Below, in pieces: positions 38,435 through 47,828 of a stretch of DNA of 64,000 nucleotides. The stretch's first letter is position 1; each line of letters begins with the position of its first letter. The notes under the pieces were generated by a model. It made no database searches, had not been told where the DNA came from, and saw nothing but the letters and a program-made list of their open reading frames with translations. The stretch spans positions 1 to 64,000 of the IMG/VR virus record IMGVR_UViG_3300008339_000030; one strand, given 5' to 3'. The translations under genes were made by a program, and so were the position numbers. The stretch is from an uncultured virus (IMG/VR IMGVR_UViG_3300008339_000030) (lineage: Duplodnaviria > Heunggongvirae > Uroviricota > Caudoviricetes).

Positions 38435-39385
38435 ATGGCTACTTTAACGCTTCGCCAAACAGCCCCAGCAGCAGGAACAAACAAAGGTGCCCCACTTACT
38501 AATGCAGAAGTTGACGCCAACTTCAACAGTTTAGATGTTGCCAAATTGGAAAAATCAGGCGGCACAATGACGGGAACTTTAGTTCTTGTAACAGGAACAA
38601 CAACCATTGCTCCTGTAAAACTTGTGTCTGGCACAAACTTAACAACTCCACAAGCAGGTGCCGTCGAATTTAACGGCACGAACTTGTTTTTCACCCCAAG
38701 TTCAACACGCAAAACTGTCGCCTTCACTGATAGTAACATCACAGGCACATCGGCAGGTTGGACAACTGGTCGCACCGTGACATTCGCCACAGGCGATGTA
38801 ACAGGTAACTTCACCATTGATGGTTCTGCAAACGTATCAAACGTAGCGTTAACAATTGCCGCCAACTCAGTTGCTTTAGGCACCGATACTACAGGTGATT
38901 ATGTCGCATCATTAGTGGCAGGCACAGGTGTTACATTAACAAATAATAGTGGTGAGAGTGCCACACCCACTGTTGCCATTGGTCAAGCCGTAGGAACAGC
39001 AAGTAACGTGACATTTGGAAGTATCAATGTGGGCTCAGCAACAGGTGCTGCCACAGGACAAATCAAGGCATCAGGTGACATCATTGCCTTCTCATCCTCA
39101 GATGCAGGATTAAAGACAGATGTTGCAGTTATTTCTGATGCTCTCACAAAGGTGAAGGCACTTCGCGGTGTCACATATACTTGGAATGAAGAAGCTAATG
39201 CATTAGGATTACATGGGGCAGATACAGGTGTTATTGCACAAGACGTTGCCGGTGTACTACCTGAAGTTGTAACAACCCGTGAAAGTGGTCACATGGCTGT
39301 GAAGTATGAAAAGATGATTGGGTTGTTGATTGAAGCCATTAAGGAATTGGATGATAAGTTAAGTAAGTGCAACTGCACTAAGTAA
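38435..39385 (+). CDS. Tail fibre protein with C-terminal S74 intramolecular chaperone
   Basis: SSDAGLK cleavage motif, GVIAQDV..VLPE and V.YEKM..LLIEAIKEL. Confidence 0.85.
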   Translation: MATLTLRQTAPAAGTNKGAPLTNAEVDANFNSLDVAKLEKSGGTMTGTLVLVTGTTTIAPVKLVSGTNLTTPQAGAVEFNGTNLFFTPSSTRKTVAFTDSNITGTSAGWTTGRTVTFATGDVTGNFTIDGSANVSNVALTIAANSVALGTDTTGDYVASLVAGTGVTLTNNSGESATPTVAIGQAVGTASNVTFGSINVGSATGAATGQIKASGDIIAFSSSDAGLKTDVAVISDALTKVKALRGVTYTWNEEANALGLHGADTGVIAQDVAGVLPEVVTTRESGHMAVKYEKMIGLLIEAIKELDDKLSKCNCTK

Positions 39386-39406
39386 TAACACAGGAGAACA
39401 TAGACA

Positions 39407-40810
39407 ATGGCCATCGTATCCAGCGGGCAAATTTCAATTAAAGATGTAGGCGACGAAAAGGGATTGCCGTCAAGTGAACTATCCCTTCAGTCATTGTCTA
39501 CAAACAATGTTAACACATTGGATCCTTCTCCTAAGGTGCCTGCTAACACTTCGGGTGCGGTAGGTAATTATCCTGACGGTTCAACACCTCATGCTATCAG
39601 TGAGTTTTTTGCCTATAATCATAATTTTACTACTACAACTACCGCGGCACCAACAACTACAACATCCACATCAACAACTACCGCGGCACCAACAACTACA
39701 ACATCCACATCAACAACTACCGCGGCACCAACAACTACAACATCCACATCAACAACAACGACGACATCAACAACAGAACCACCAACAACGACGACATCAA
39801 CAACATCTACAACATCTACAACATCTACAACAGAACCACCAACAACGACGACATCAACAACATCTACAACATCTACAACAGAACCACCAACAACGACGAC
39901 ATCAACAACAGAACCACCAACAACGACGACATCTACATCTACAACATCTACAACATCTACAACATCTACAACATCTACATCAACAACATCAACTACATCA
40001 ACAACCACAGCGGCGCTCGGTGATTGTTGGACCGTATACAACACTTCACCATTCAACAATCAACAAACCTATGTGTTCGACTATATACCCTATGGTAGTG
40101 CTGGATATATACAAGGATCATTGGATTTCGGCCAATTTGTTAATTTATGTGTAGCACCAGGTACGTTGATTGTAGATGTAAGCGGACAAGGTGGATCTAC
40201 ATCAGGTGGATTTGGAGTATGTACCAACGACTCTCAATGTTCAGGCTCACCCCCAGCAACAACTACTACAACTACAACAGCAGCCACAACTACTACAACA
40301 GCAGCCACAACTACTACAACAGCAGTCTGTTATAGTTCAACATTGGGACTTTCAGGTGTTCAAGGAAGTATATCTGGAGCCTGTTCAGCCGCAGCACAAT
40401 TCACATATTATGTGGGTGGAACCAAGTTGTATACTGACTCGGGATGTGGCACGTTTGCAGACGCCGGTTATTATGGCGATGGAGGTGGGGTATACTATCA
40501 AGTAACAGGCGCAGGTAACTTGACAGGCCCAACATCGTGCCCAGGCGGAACAACGACAACAACTGCAGCTCCCACAACAACTACAACAGCAGCTCCCACA
40601 ACAACTACAACAGCAGCAACAACAACTACAACAGCAGCAGCAACAACAACAACGACAACATGTGTCGTGGGTTGTTTACCTGGCACATCAACATGTATAG
40701 GTGACGCTGCTGTATGTGACCTTCAAAATGACGATTGCACAATCACATATGGATATTTGGTACAAAACTGTGATCCTGGCTGTTGTTCAGGTGGTGCATG
40801 TATCTGCTAA
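39407..40810 (+). CDS. Mucin-like Thr-rich, Cys-rich putative fibre-tip protein
   Basis: N-terminal MAIVSSGQIS...PHAISEFFAYNH domain, three poly-Thr/Ser/Pro tracts alternating with Cys-rich modules, ending CDPGCCSGGACIC. AGGAG RBS. Confidence 0.75.
   Translation: MAIVSSGQISIKDVGDEKGLPSSELSLQSLSTNNVNTLDPSPKVPANTSGAVGNYPDGSTPHAISEFFAYNHNFTTTTTAAPTTTTSTSTTTAAPTTTTSTSTTTAAPTTTTSTSTTTTTSTTEPPTTTTSTTSTTSTTSTTEPPTTTTSTTSTTSTTEPPTTTTSTTEPPTTTTSTSTTSTTSTTSTTSTSTTSTTSTTTAALGDCWTVYNTSPFNNQQTYVFDYIPYGSAGYIQGSLDFGQFVNLCVAPGTLIVDVSGQGGSTSGGFGVCTNDSQCSGSPPATTTTTTTAATTTTTAATTTTTAVCYSSTLGLSGVQGSISGACSAAAQFTYYVGGTKLYTDSGCGTFADAGYYGDGGGVYYQVTGAGNLTGPTSCPGGTTTTTAAPTTTTTAAPTTTTTAATTTTTAAATTTTTTCVVGCLPGTSTCIGDAAVCDLQNDDCTITYGYLVQNCDPGCCSGGACIC
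39635..40010 (+). repeat. Coding tandem repeats (39 bp x3, then ACATCTACA and ACAGAACCACCA units)
   Basis: ACAACTACCGCGGCACCAACAACTACAACATCCACATCA occurs three times at 39635-39751, followed by 9-bp repeats encoding TST. Confidence 0.9.
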
Positions 40811-40839
40811 ATCATTAACAACAAGGTGATATTTACTTT

Positions 40840-41790
40840 ATGAAAAACTTACGTTATATATCAGCCCAACCTGCCATTGATTATTACACATGGCAGGTTG
40901 AGGTTATGATACACAATTTTTTAAAAAATGGTTTAAATCCAAACAATATAGATATTGTATGTTCCATTAAAAACAATCATATCCCTGATGCTTGGATTAA
41001 ATTAGCTAATCACTATAACACGGTTCGATTCTTTTTTTATAATGATGACAGAGAAAATTCGGTATATATTTCTTCAATTCGTCCACACATTCTACAAAAA
41101 CATTTTGAGAAGCATCCTTATTTAAAAGATGAAGCCATTATGTATCATGATTGCGATATCATTCTCACGAAGCCCCCACAATGGGACCATTTAGTGCATG
41201 ACGATGTTTGGTATTTAAGTGACACGCGCTATTACATTGGAGCAGAATATATTAAAAGCAAAAAATGTGGTGTGTACGAACGCATGTGTGAAATTGTAGG
41301 TATAAGTGAAGATGTTCCGGTACAATATGAGATGCACAGTGGAGGTGCTCAATATCTCATGAAAAACATTGATGCTGCTTTTTGGAAAAAGGTGTATGAG
41401 GATTCTGAAAAATTGTATCAATTTTTTCTTGACCATCTGAAAGCATTTCCTCAAACCGATAAATATCACCCCATACAAAAATGGACTGCTGATATGTGGG
41501 CAGTTTTATGGAATGGTTGGTATTTTGGACATGATACCAAAGTGGTGGACGAATTAGAGTTCACATGGCCTATGCACGGTCTTGACTTTTGGGAGAAATG
41601 TACTATCATGCATAATGCGGGAGTTACAGGAGAAACAGCAGATAAGGACAGAACTTTTTTTAAGGGTAAGTATGTTGACGGAAAATTACCGTATAATAAT
41701 ATTACTCTTGAAAATTATAACGAAAAGATGTGTACATATAAGTATGTACAAGAAATTCTTGAAACCGCTAAAACGAGTTGTTTACTATGA
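40840..41790 (+). CDS. Putative glycosyltransferase (GT-A, resembling GT95/GT96 peptidyl O-glycosyltransferases)
   Basis: YYTWQ near the N-terminus, DCD (DxD), GGAQY, WTADMWA and a late His. Confidence 0.55.
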   Translation: MKNLRYISAQPAIDYYTWQVEVMIHNFLKNGLNPNNIDIVCSIKNNHIPDAWIKLANHYNTVRFFFYNDDRENSVYISSIRPHILQKHFEKHPYLKDEAIMYHDCDIILTKPPQWDHLVHDDVWYLSDTRYYIGAEYIKSKKCGVYERMCEIVGISEDVPVQYEMHSGGAQYLMKNIDAAFWKKVYEDSEKLYQFFLDHLKAFPQTDKYHPIQKWTADMWAVLWNGWYFGHDTKVVDELEFTWPMHGLDFWEKCTIMHNAGVTGETADKDRTFFKGKYVDGKLPYNNITLENYNEKMCTYKYVQEILETAKTSCLL

Positions 41791-42356
41791 GATATGATTT
41801 TGTTGAAATAGGCACATGCGACTACCACACGTTATTAGAAGGGTGTACACCTGAACAAATAGGTTTGTCAGTCGAACCTGTAAAAACATATCTAGACCGA
41901 TTACCCGATAAACCTAATGTAACTAAGATAAACGTTGCTATATCAGCAGAAAACAACATAGTAGATTTATTTTGGGTTGAACCCGAAAATCAAGAAAAGT
42001 ATAATTTAGGTTTCACAAAAGGTTGGGCCACTATAATTAAACCCCACCGAGGTCATTCTGAAGCAAAAAAGATGTTAGAGACAGGAATGTTAACTAACCA
42101 TAAAATAGAAGCCATCACATGGTCTACCCTTGTGGAACGTTATCAAATCGAATCTGTGGATTTAGTTAAGATAGACACAGAGGGTCATGATTGTGTAGTT
42201 GTTAACAGTATACTTGATTCTTCTGTTCATCCAATACAAATAGAGTTTGAAATAACACATTGCTTAAAAGAAGAATTGGCTCAGACATATTCACGCCTTC
42301 AAAAAAATAGATATACATTAATTATAGAAGGTGAAGATGCCGTATGGAGAAGATGA
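41787..42356 (+). CDS. FkbM-family SAM methyltransferase
   Basis: FVEIG, SVEP, NVAIS and DLVKIDTEGHD motifs. ATG 41787 overlaps the upstream stop. Confidence 0.85.
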   Translation: MRYDFVEIGTCDYHTLLEGCTPEQIGLSVEPVKTYLDRLPDKPNVTKINVAISAENNIVDLFWVEPENQEKYNLGFTKGWATIIKPHRGHSEAKKMLETGMLTNHKIEAITWSTLVERYQIESVDLVKIDTEGHDCVVVNSILDSSVHPIQIEFEITHCLKEELAQTYSRLQKNRYTLIIEGEDAVWRR

Positions 42357-42983
42357 ATGATACCAAAAATAATTCATCAAATATGGGTAGGGGATTTTAA
42401 ATTACCCAAGCGAGAACAGAAACTAGCAAATGAAATAAAAGAGATGCACTCGGATTACGAATATATTTTCTGGTCTTCGCCCCCACCATTATCTAAAAAT
42501 ATTCAAAATTGGTATGACAAATTCTACTCAATAAAAAACTATGCTTTTTGTGCAGACTTGTTACGTATTTGGGCTGTTAAAGAATTTGGAGGATTCTACT
42601 TGGATATTGATTTTAAACCGGTGAATTCATTGGACGATTTTTTAAATTATGATGGGGTATTTTTATACCACAACGAAGGCGACTTAACTATTCCAAATAA
42701 TGTATTTGGTGCAAAAAAAGATTTAGATGTTCTAGAATACTGTACACAACAAATAAATGATAGCAATAATTGGTATGGGCCTAGTTGGTTTGGTAGTGTT
42801 GTTAAATCTTCTTTAGGGTATAGTTATGAAACCACACACGAAGTTATTAAAAACAAGATGAGGGAAAAGAATATAGAATATTTTGTGTACGGAGAATTTG
42901 AAAATAAATATGCAAAACATTTATCATTGTACAGTTGGTCGCCTGAAATTTGGAATAGATTAAATAACCAGGAACAGTTATGA
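42357..42983 (+). CDS. GT32 (Och1-like, DxD) glycosyltransferase
   Basis: MIPKIIHQIW, ADLLR, GGFYLDID, GP and H..L.SW motifs. Confidence 0.88.
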   Translation: MIPKIIHQIWVGDFKLPKREQKLANEIKEMHSDYEYIFWSSPPPLSKNIQNWYDKFYSIKNYAFCADLLRIWAVKEFGGFYLDIDFKPVNSLDDFLNYDGVFLYHNEGDLTIPNNVFGAKKDLDVLEYCTQQINDSNNWYGPSWFGSVVKSSLGYSYETTHEVIKNKMREKNIEYFVYGEFENKYAKHLSLYSWSPEIWNRLNNQEQL

Positions 42984-43765
42984 AAAAAGTTAGTTTTGTC
43001 TGTACATCATTTAGAAGATATACATGTGTCAATAGAATCATTGCGCAGTTTAATGCACAAACATACCCAAACAAAGAACTGATTATCCTAAATACAGATA
43101 TGGAATATCCTATGTCATTGGGATTTTCTGATGACCGTATTGTATTAATAAACAATAACACTGATATGCAAACAGGTCTTCCGTATACTAATCGAGGACA
43201 AATTTGTCGTGATGCAGTAATCTACGCCACAGGTGATTATTTCATGTTGGCTGATGATGACGACATTTACCTACCTTGGCATATTCAACAAGCTGTAGAT
43301 AAAATAGAAGAAGTGGGTACAGATGCATGGAAACCTCAAAAAAGTTTCTTTGCCACTCAACATAAATTAGAACTTACACAAAATACATTGGAAGCAAGTG
43401 TTATTGTGAAAATGCCTCGGATTCGACAAATTGGATTTCGCTCAGACATCACAGGATATGAGGGATTGAGTTGGTATACTAAATTACGCGATGAAAAACA
43501 ATTAGATGAACATTACACACACTACGTTCCCTCATATTGTTTCAATTGGTCAGACCCACATGAAATAGCAGGACATAAACAAAGTGGAAATATTAATGAC
43601 CCCAATAATTTTGAACAACATAAAGCAGCATCACAAGATTATGCAAAAGAACCTTTACGTAATGACATGAACCTCACCGACGTATATGAAAAATATTACG
43701 TCTTTTTACGAAATAATAGTGAACTATTTCCTAGTGATTTAATCCTTAAATATGTGAAAGAATAA
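42980..43765 (+). CDS. GT2-family glycosyltransferase
   Basis: VSFVC, QTYPNKELII and ATGDYFMLADDDDIYLP motifs. Confidence 0.85.
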   Translation: MKKVSFVCTSFRRYTCVNRIIAQFNAQTYPNKELIILNTDMEYPMSLGFSDDRIVLINNNTDMQTGLPYTNRGQICRDAVIYATGDYFMLADDDDIYLPWHIQQAVDKIEEVGTDAWKPQKSFFATQHKLELTQNTLEASVIVKMPRIRQIGFRSDITGYEGLSWYTKLRDEKQLDEHYTHYVPSYCFNWSDPHEIAGHKQSGNINDPNNFEQHKAASQDYAKEPLRNDMNLTDVYEKYYVFLRNNSELFPSDLILKYVKE

Positions 43766-44433
43766 TGCAACCAAACACATTTCCTGATGTAGCCAACATC
43801 ATTGATACATCGTCTGTGCCCATTTTAATACTTGTGATATCTGAAGGGTGTGAAAATGGATTAAAACCAGAACAGCAGCAGTTAGAACAAAAGCTACAAG
43901 AACATCCTACACCTGTGGTATATTACACCATGTGTATCCCAGAACATCTCATGGGATTTCCTCGTGCCCAAACTCCCACATTATACTATTTTCTTCCGAA
44001 AAATCAAACTCCTGTGTTCTGGCGATTTGCCATATTCAATAACACATTGAATGATGATTTAAACATCATCACAAAAATGATGACAGGATTGACATATGAA
44101 CAAGCTCGTTTCACACCTGAAGAACAAGAAACCATTTTAAAGGTTGATTATTTTTTAGAACAGGAGAAGGAAACCCTTCATAAGTTTCCTTCAGTATTTC
44201 AACAGGCACGGAATCTTGCCAAAGAAATGTGGAAAACAGGAAAAAACGCCGCAAAAGGATTGCCTGTCATTGTTCCTACTGAAGTGGGATTTGAACGTAT
44301 GAATATTTGTCAGTCATGTGACAAGTTGGAAAAAGATGCATTTCGCTGTACTGAGTGTGGTTGTTTCATGAAAACCAAGACTCAACTCGCCTCAGCGTCA
44401 TGTCCATTAAATAAATGGGCACCGCATGTATAA
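43765..44433 (+). CDS. Thioredoxin-fold-like N-domain plus C-terminal Cys cluster
   Basis: N-part has a TPTLYYF cis-Pro-like motif; C-terminus reads R..IC..C...C.ECGC......CP..KW. Confidence 0.5.
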   Translation: MQPNTFPDVANIIDTSSVPILILVISEGCENGLKPEQQQLEQKLQEHPTPVVYYTMCIPEHLMGFPRAQTPTLYYFLPKNQTPVFWRFAIFNNTLNDDLNIITKMMTGLTYEQARFTPEEQETILKVDYFLEQEKETLHKFPSVFQQARNLAKEMWKTGKNAAKGLPVIVPTEVGFERMNICQSCDKLEKDAFRCTECGCFMKTKTQLASASCPLNKWAPHV

Positions 44434-44436
44434 ATA
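44429..44436 (+). promoter_or_regulatory. T4-type late promoter
   Basis: TATAAATA upstream of ATG 44465. Confidence 0.65.
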
Positions 44437-44464
44437 CTATAGAACGATTAATTAGGATTTCTCA

Positions 44465-44878
44465 ATGGCAACGTTAACATTACGAACAGTTAAAGGATCA
44501 ACATTAACACATCAAGAACTTGATGACAATCTCTCAAACTTGAATAGTTTCAAGGTTGAAGGTCGTGCAGGAACGTTAACAACAACAAGTACGTCATTAA
44601 ATCAACTATTGGATTCTGTTGCAGCATCTTCTGTTAGAACATTGCGATACATTGTTCAAGTTGCCAACACAACTACGAGTGAGTTTCATGCCACATCTCT
44701 CATGATTATTCATGATGGAACCACTGTGTATTTAACTGAATATGGCACTGTATTGACAGGAAACTCTTTGGCAACATTTGATGCTGATATTAATAGTGGA
44801 AATCTTCGTATTTTAGTTACGCCTACAAATGCATCATCAACGGTGTTTCGTTTTTCTGCTATGACAATTCAGGCATAA
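44465..44878 (+). CDS. Small tail-fibre-associated structural protein
   Basis: N-terminus matches 38435; C-terminal domain matches 47829. Confidence 0.65.
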   Translation: MATLTLRTVKGSTLTHQELDDNLSNLNSFKVEGRAGTLTTTSTSLNQLLDSVAASSVRTLRYIVQVANTTTSEFHATSLMIIHDGTTVYLTEYGTVLTGNSLATFDADINSGNLRILVTPTNASSTVFRFSAMTIQA

Positions 44879-44888
44879 TTTCAAAAAC

Positions 44889-44896
44889 TATAAATA
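44889..44896 (+). promoter_or_regulatory. T4-type late promoter
   Basis: TATAAATA upstream of ATG 44905. Confidence 0.6.
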
Positions 44897-44904
44897 TTCA
44901 ACAT

Positions 44905-45237
44905 ATGGCAACTGCTCGTAATTTAGTTATTGACCAAGGTAGTACATATTCAATTTCCATTGAACTGTCTGACGCCTTGGGCAATCCTTTAGATTTAACT
45001 GATTATACCATTCGTGCTCAAATGCGTAAAAGTTATGGGTCGAATACGTATACTCAATTCACAACTTCTGCAGGTGATGAACCTGAGAATGGGGTGATTA
45101 CATTATCATTAACATCAACTCAAACAGGAGCATTACGTTTTGGTCGATATGTCTATGATATTGAAATTGAAAATGATGATGTAATTACCAGAGTTCTTGA
45201 AGGGATAGTAACCGTAACACCCGAGGTCACACGATAA
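44905..45237 (+). CDS. Conserved phage structural protein (BppU-N-like fold)
   Basis: IDQG, DLT.Y...AQMRK, GRYVYD and RVLEG..TVTP motifs. Confidence 0.65.
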   Translation: MATARNLVIDQGSTYSISIELSDALGNPLDLTDYTIRAQMRKSYGSNTYTQFTTSAGDEPENGVITLSLTSTQTGALRFGRYVYDIEIENDDVITRVLEGIVTVTPEVTR

Positions 45238-45449
45238 TGGCACTCAAAGTACAAGTATCAACACCTCAAAGAATTAATACAAATGTAAAAAAGGTTTCGT
45301 TACCTCTAGTTAATTTAGAAGAATTGAAGAACGTGAATAAAGATAATTTAGAAGATGGCGCCACTTTGATATGGAATGAAACGGAACAACGTTGGGATGC
45401 ACAGCAAATTCAAGCATCAGCAACGAATATAGATGGCGGAACATATTAA
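45237..45449 (+). CDS. Small fibre-associated protein
   Basis: DGATLIWN....W and a terminal IDGGTY shared with 45471. Confidence 0.55.
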   Translation: MALKVQVSTPQRINTNVKKVSLPLVNLEELKNVNKDNLEDGATLIWNETEQRWDAQQIQASATNIDGGTY

Positions 45450-45470
45450 AAAACCCACAGGAGATTTTCC

Positions 45471-47252
45471 ATGTCAACAGTAATTCAAATTAAGCGTTCT
45501 TCAGGATCAACAGCACCAGCAACATCTGCCTTAGCAGAAGGCGAATTAGCGTATAGTCAAGACCGCTCCAACAGCGGCGCCGGCGCTATTCTCTACATCG
45601 AATCTGTAGGTTCAGACGGTACTACCCAAGTTATTGATAAAGTAGGTGGTAAATACTACACCAACACAGTTGATGCCTTCTTAGTTCCTGCCACAGGAAC
45701 AGTGGGCGCAAAGGTGGAATTAAAGGATGCCGATGCTACACATTCTGTCACATTAAAGGCACCTAACACAGTTGCAGCCAACGTTACATACACATTACCT
45801 TCAACATTCAGTGCAGACCAATATTTAAAGACTGACGGTTCAGGTAATCTTTCATTTGCTGCCGTTCCATCAGGATCCTTCACAATTGCAGGTGACACAG
45901 GTACTGACAATTTCACAACAGGTGAAACATTAACATTCACCGGTGGCGAAGGTATTGATACATCAATTACCGATAACGTAGTAACAATTTCAGCAGAAGA
46001 TGCATCTGATACCAACAAGGGTATTGCATCATTCAACAGTACCAACTTCACAGTATCATCAGGTAACGTTGTTATCAACTCAGTACAAGCCACAAAGGTT
46101 GATATTGCAGGCGGCACATCATTAACATCATTGGCTGATTCAGATGAATTCTTGGTCTATGATGCCTCAGCAGAAGCAAATCGTCGCATCACAGCAGAAA
46201 ACGTTGCAGATTACATCTATGCCGGATTGTCAGGTGATATCAGTGTAACTGAAGCAGGTGTAGTTTCTATTGCCGCTAACTCAGTAGCACTAGGTACAGA
46301 CACAACAGGTAACTATGTTGCTACTGTTGCGGGTACAGCAAATCAAATTTCCATCACTGGCTCAGGCTCAGAAACGGCTGCTGTTACAGTTGCATTAACT
46401 GAAGATGTGGCATTGGTAGGTGATTTGACAGTTGGTGGTAACGACATCAAGATGAGTGGTGGCACAACAGCCATTACATTCTCAGGCTCAGGTGACGTTG
46501 CAGTAGCAGGTGATTTAACTGTTACAGGTAATGACATCAAGTCCTCATCAGCCACAGCACTTACTCTTTCAGGTGCTGATGTCGCAGTTGCAGGTGATTT
46601 GACAGTTACAGGTAACGATATCAAATCCTCATCAGCAACAGCACTCACATTGTCAGGCGCCAATGTTGAAGTTAAGGGTGATTTACAAGTTACAGGTAAC
46701 GATATCAAGTCATCAACAGGCGCAACTGCCTTGACACTTGATGGCGCCAACGTAACTGTGGCAGGTAACTTAACAGTTAACGGTTCATCAACAATTGTAA
46801 ACTCAACAACTGTAACAATTGATGACGTACTCTTGAAGTTGGCTGATAACAACACAGGTAACTCAGTTGACTCAGGTGTCTATGCTGAATATGTTGAATC
46901 ATCAACAACGAAGTATGCTGGTTTCTTCCGCGATGCGTCTGATAACAACATCTTCAAGTTCTTCAAAGGATTAGAATCAGAACCATCAACAACTGTTAAC
47001 GTAAGTGGTACAGGTTACTCAGTTGGTACAATCTTAGCCAACTTGACAGGCGGTACTGTTTCAAGTCTAGCTTCAGCAATCGGTGTTGCAGATGGTGGTA
47101 CAGGTGCTTCAACATTGACAAGTAACGGTGTATTGTATGGTAATGGCACAGGCGCCATTCAAGCAACAGCAGCAGGCACAAACAATTACTTCTTGAAGTC
47201 AAACAATGGCACACCAAGTTGGTCAAATGTCATTGATGGTGGTACTTACTAA
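45471..47252 (+). CDS. Tail fibre-like protein with internal repeats
   Basis: IQIKRS...LAEGELA N-terminus, GDLTVTGNDIK repeated four times, terminal IDGGTY. Confidence 0.75.
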   Translation: MSTVIQIKRSSGSTAPATSALAEGELAYSQDRSNSGAGAILYIESVGSDGTTQVIDKVGGKYYTNTVDAFLVPATGTVGAKVELKDADATHSVTLKAPNTVAANVTYTLPSTFSADQYLKTDGSGNLSFAAVPSGSFTIAGDTGTDNFTTGETLTFTGGEGIDTSITDNVVTISAEDASDTNKGIASFNSTNFTVSSGNVVINSVQATKVDIAGGTSLTSLADSDEFLVYDASAEANRRITAENVADYIYAGLSGDISVTEAGVVSIAANSVALGTDTTGNYVATVAGTANQISITGSGSETAAVTVALTEDVALVGDLTVGGNDIKMSGGTTAITFSGSGDVAVAGDLTVTGNDIKSSSATALTLSGADVAVAGDLTVTGNDIKSSSATALTLSGANVEVKGDLQVTGNDIKSSTGATALTLDGANVTVAGNLTVNGSSTIVNSTTVTIDDVLLKLADNNTGNSVDSGVYAEYVESSTTKYAGFFRDASDNNIFKFFKGLESEPSTTVNVSGTGYSVGTILANLTGGTVSSLASAIGVADGGTGASTLTSNGVLYGNGTGAIQATAAGTNNYFLKSNNGTPSWSNVIDGGTY

Positions 47253-47273
47253 TAATCTGAATAGAGACTCGTT

Positions 47274-47456
47274 ATGGACACACAAAAACTTTTAAACAAG
47301 TACATCGCCTCTTTGGGTGAACAAGTCAAACAGTTAACAATGGAAAAAACAATGTTATCTGCCCAACTTGCTCTCACCCAAGAGGAGTTGGAAGAAATGA
47401 AAAAGAAGTTAGATACTTCCCCGGCATCTGAAGAAAATAGTCAATGGCAACAATAA
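47274..47456 (+). CDS. Small coiled-coil hypothetical protein
   Basis: Heptad pattern; lies within the fibre cluster. Confidence 0.55.
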   Translation: MDTQKLLNKYIASLGEQVKQLTMEKTMLSAQLALTQEELEEMKKKLDTSPASEENSQWQQ

Positions 47457-47797
47457 TTAAACTTAAAAGAAGCGAGTTAGCATTAGCTATACCAACCGTC
47501 AATGATTTGGCGGTTGGTGAACTTGCTATAAATTCAATTGATAAAATCTTTTATATTAGAAAATCAAATGATGAAATTGTACCTGTTGCCAATTACGTTG
47601 ATATTGATCCAAGTGAAATTGACACCCGTTTAGATGCTGTTGAAACTGCTTTGTTAGGCTCAGTGTTCCCGTCAGGAGATTACGGGGATTTAGATGCTTT
47701 AACTGTAGATGCGTTTGGCGTCTTAGTGAGTAGATCCTATGATTGTTTAACGACACCGGCAGGATCTTTGTTAGAAACAGATTTAGAAAGTCTTTAA
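47444..47797 (+). CDS. Hypothetical fibre-associated protein
   Basis: IKLKRS...LAVGELAIN N-terminus paralogous to 45471. Confidence 0.6.
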   Translation: MATIIKLKRSELALAIPTVNDLAVGELAINSIDKIFYIRKSNDEIVPVANYVDIDPSEIDTRLDAVETALLGSVFPSGDYGDLDALTVDAFGVLVSRSYDCLTTPAGSLLETDLESL

Positions 47798-47828
47798 TAT
47801 AAAATATAGAGATACAGGAGATTTATAG

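Noticed and set aside
39635..40010. CRISPR-like array
   Set aside because: The repeats are contiguous, in frame and have no unique spacers.
39591..40686. Gln/His-rich and Val/Asp-rich ORFs in other frames (39591+, 39619-, 40147+, 40191+, 40498-)
   Set aside because: These are shadows of the ACA/ACT repeat. Only 39407..40810 has an RBS and a domain shared with a paralogue.
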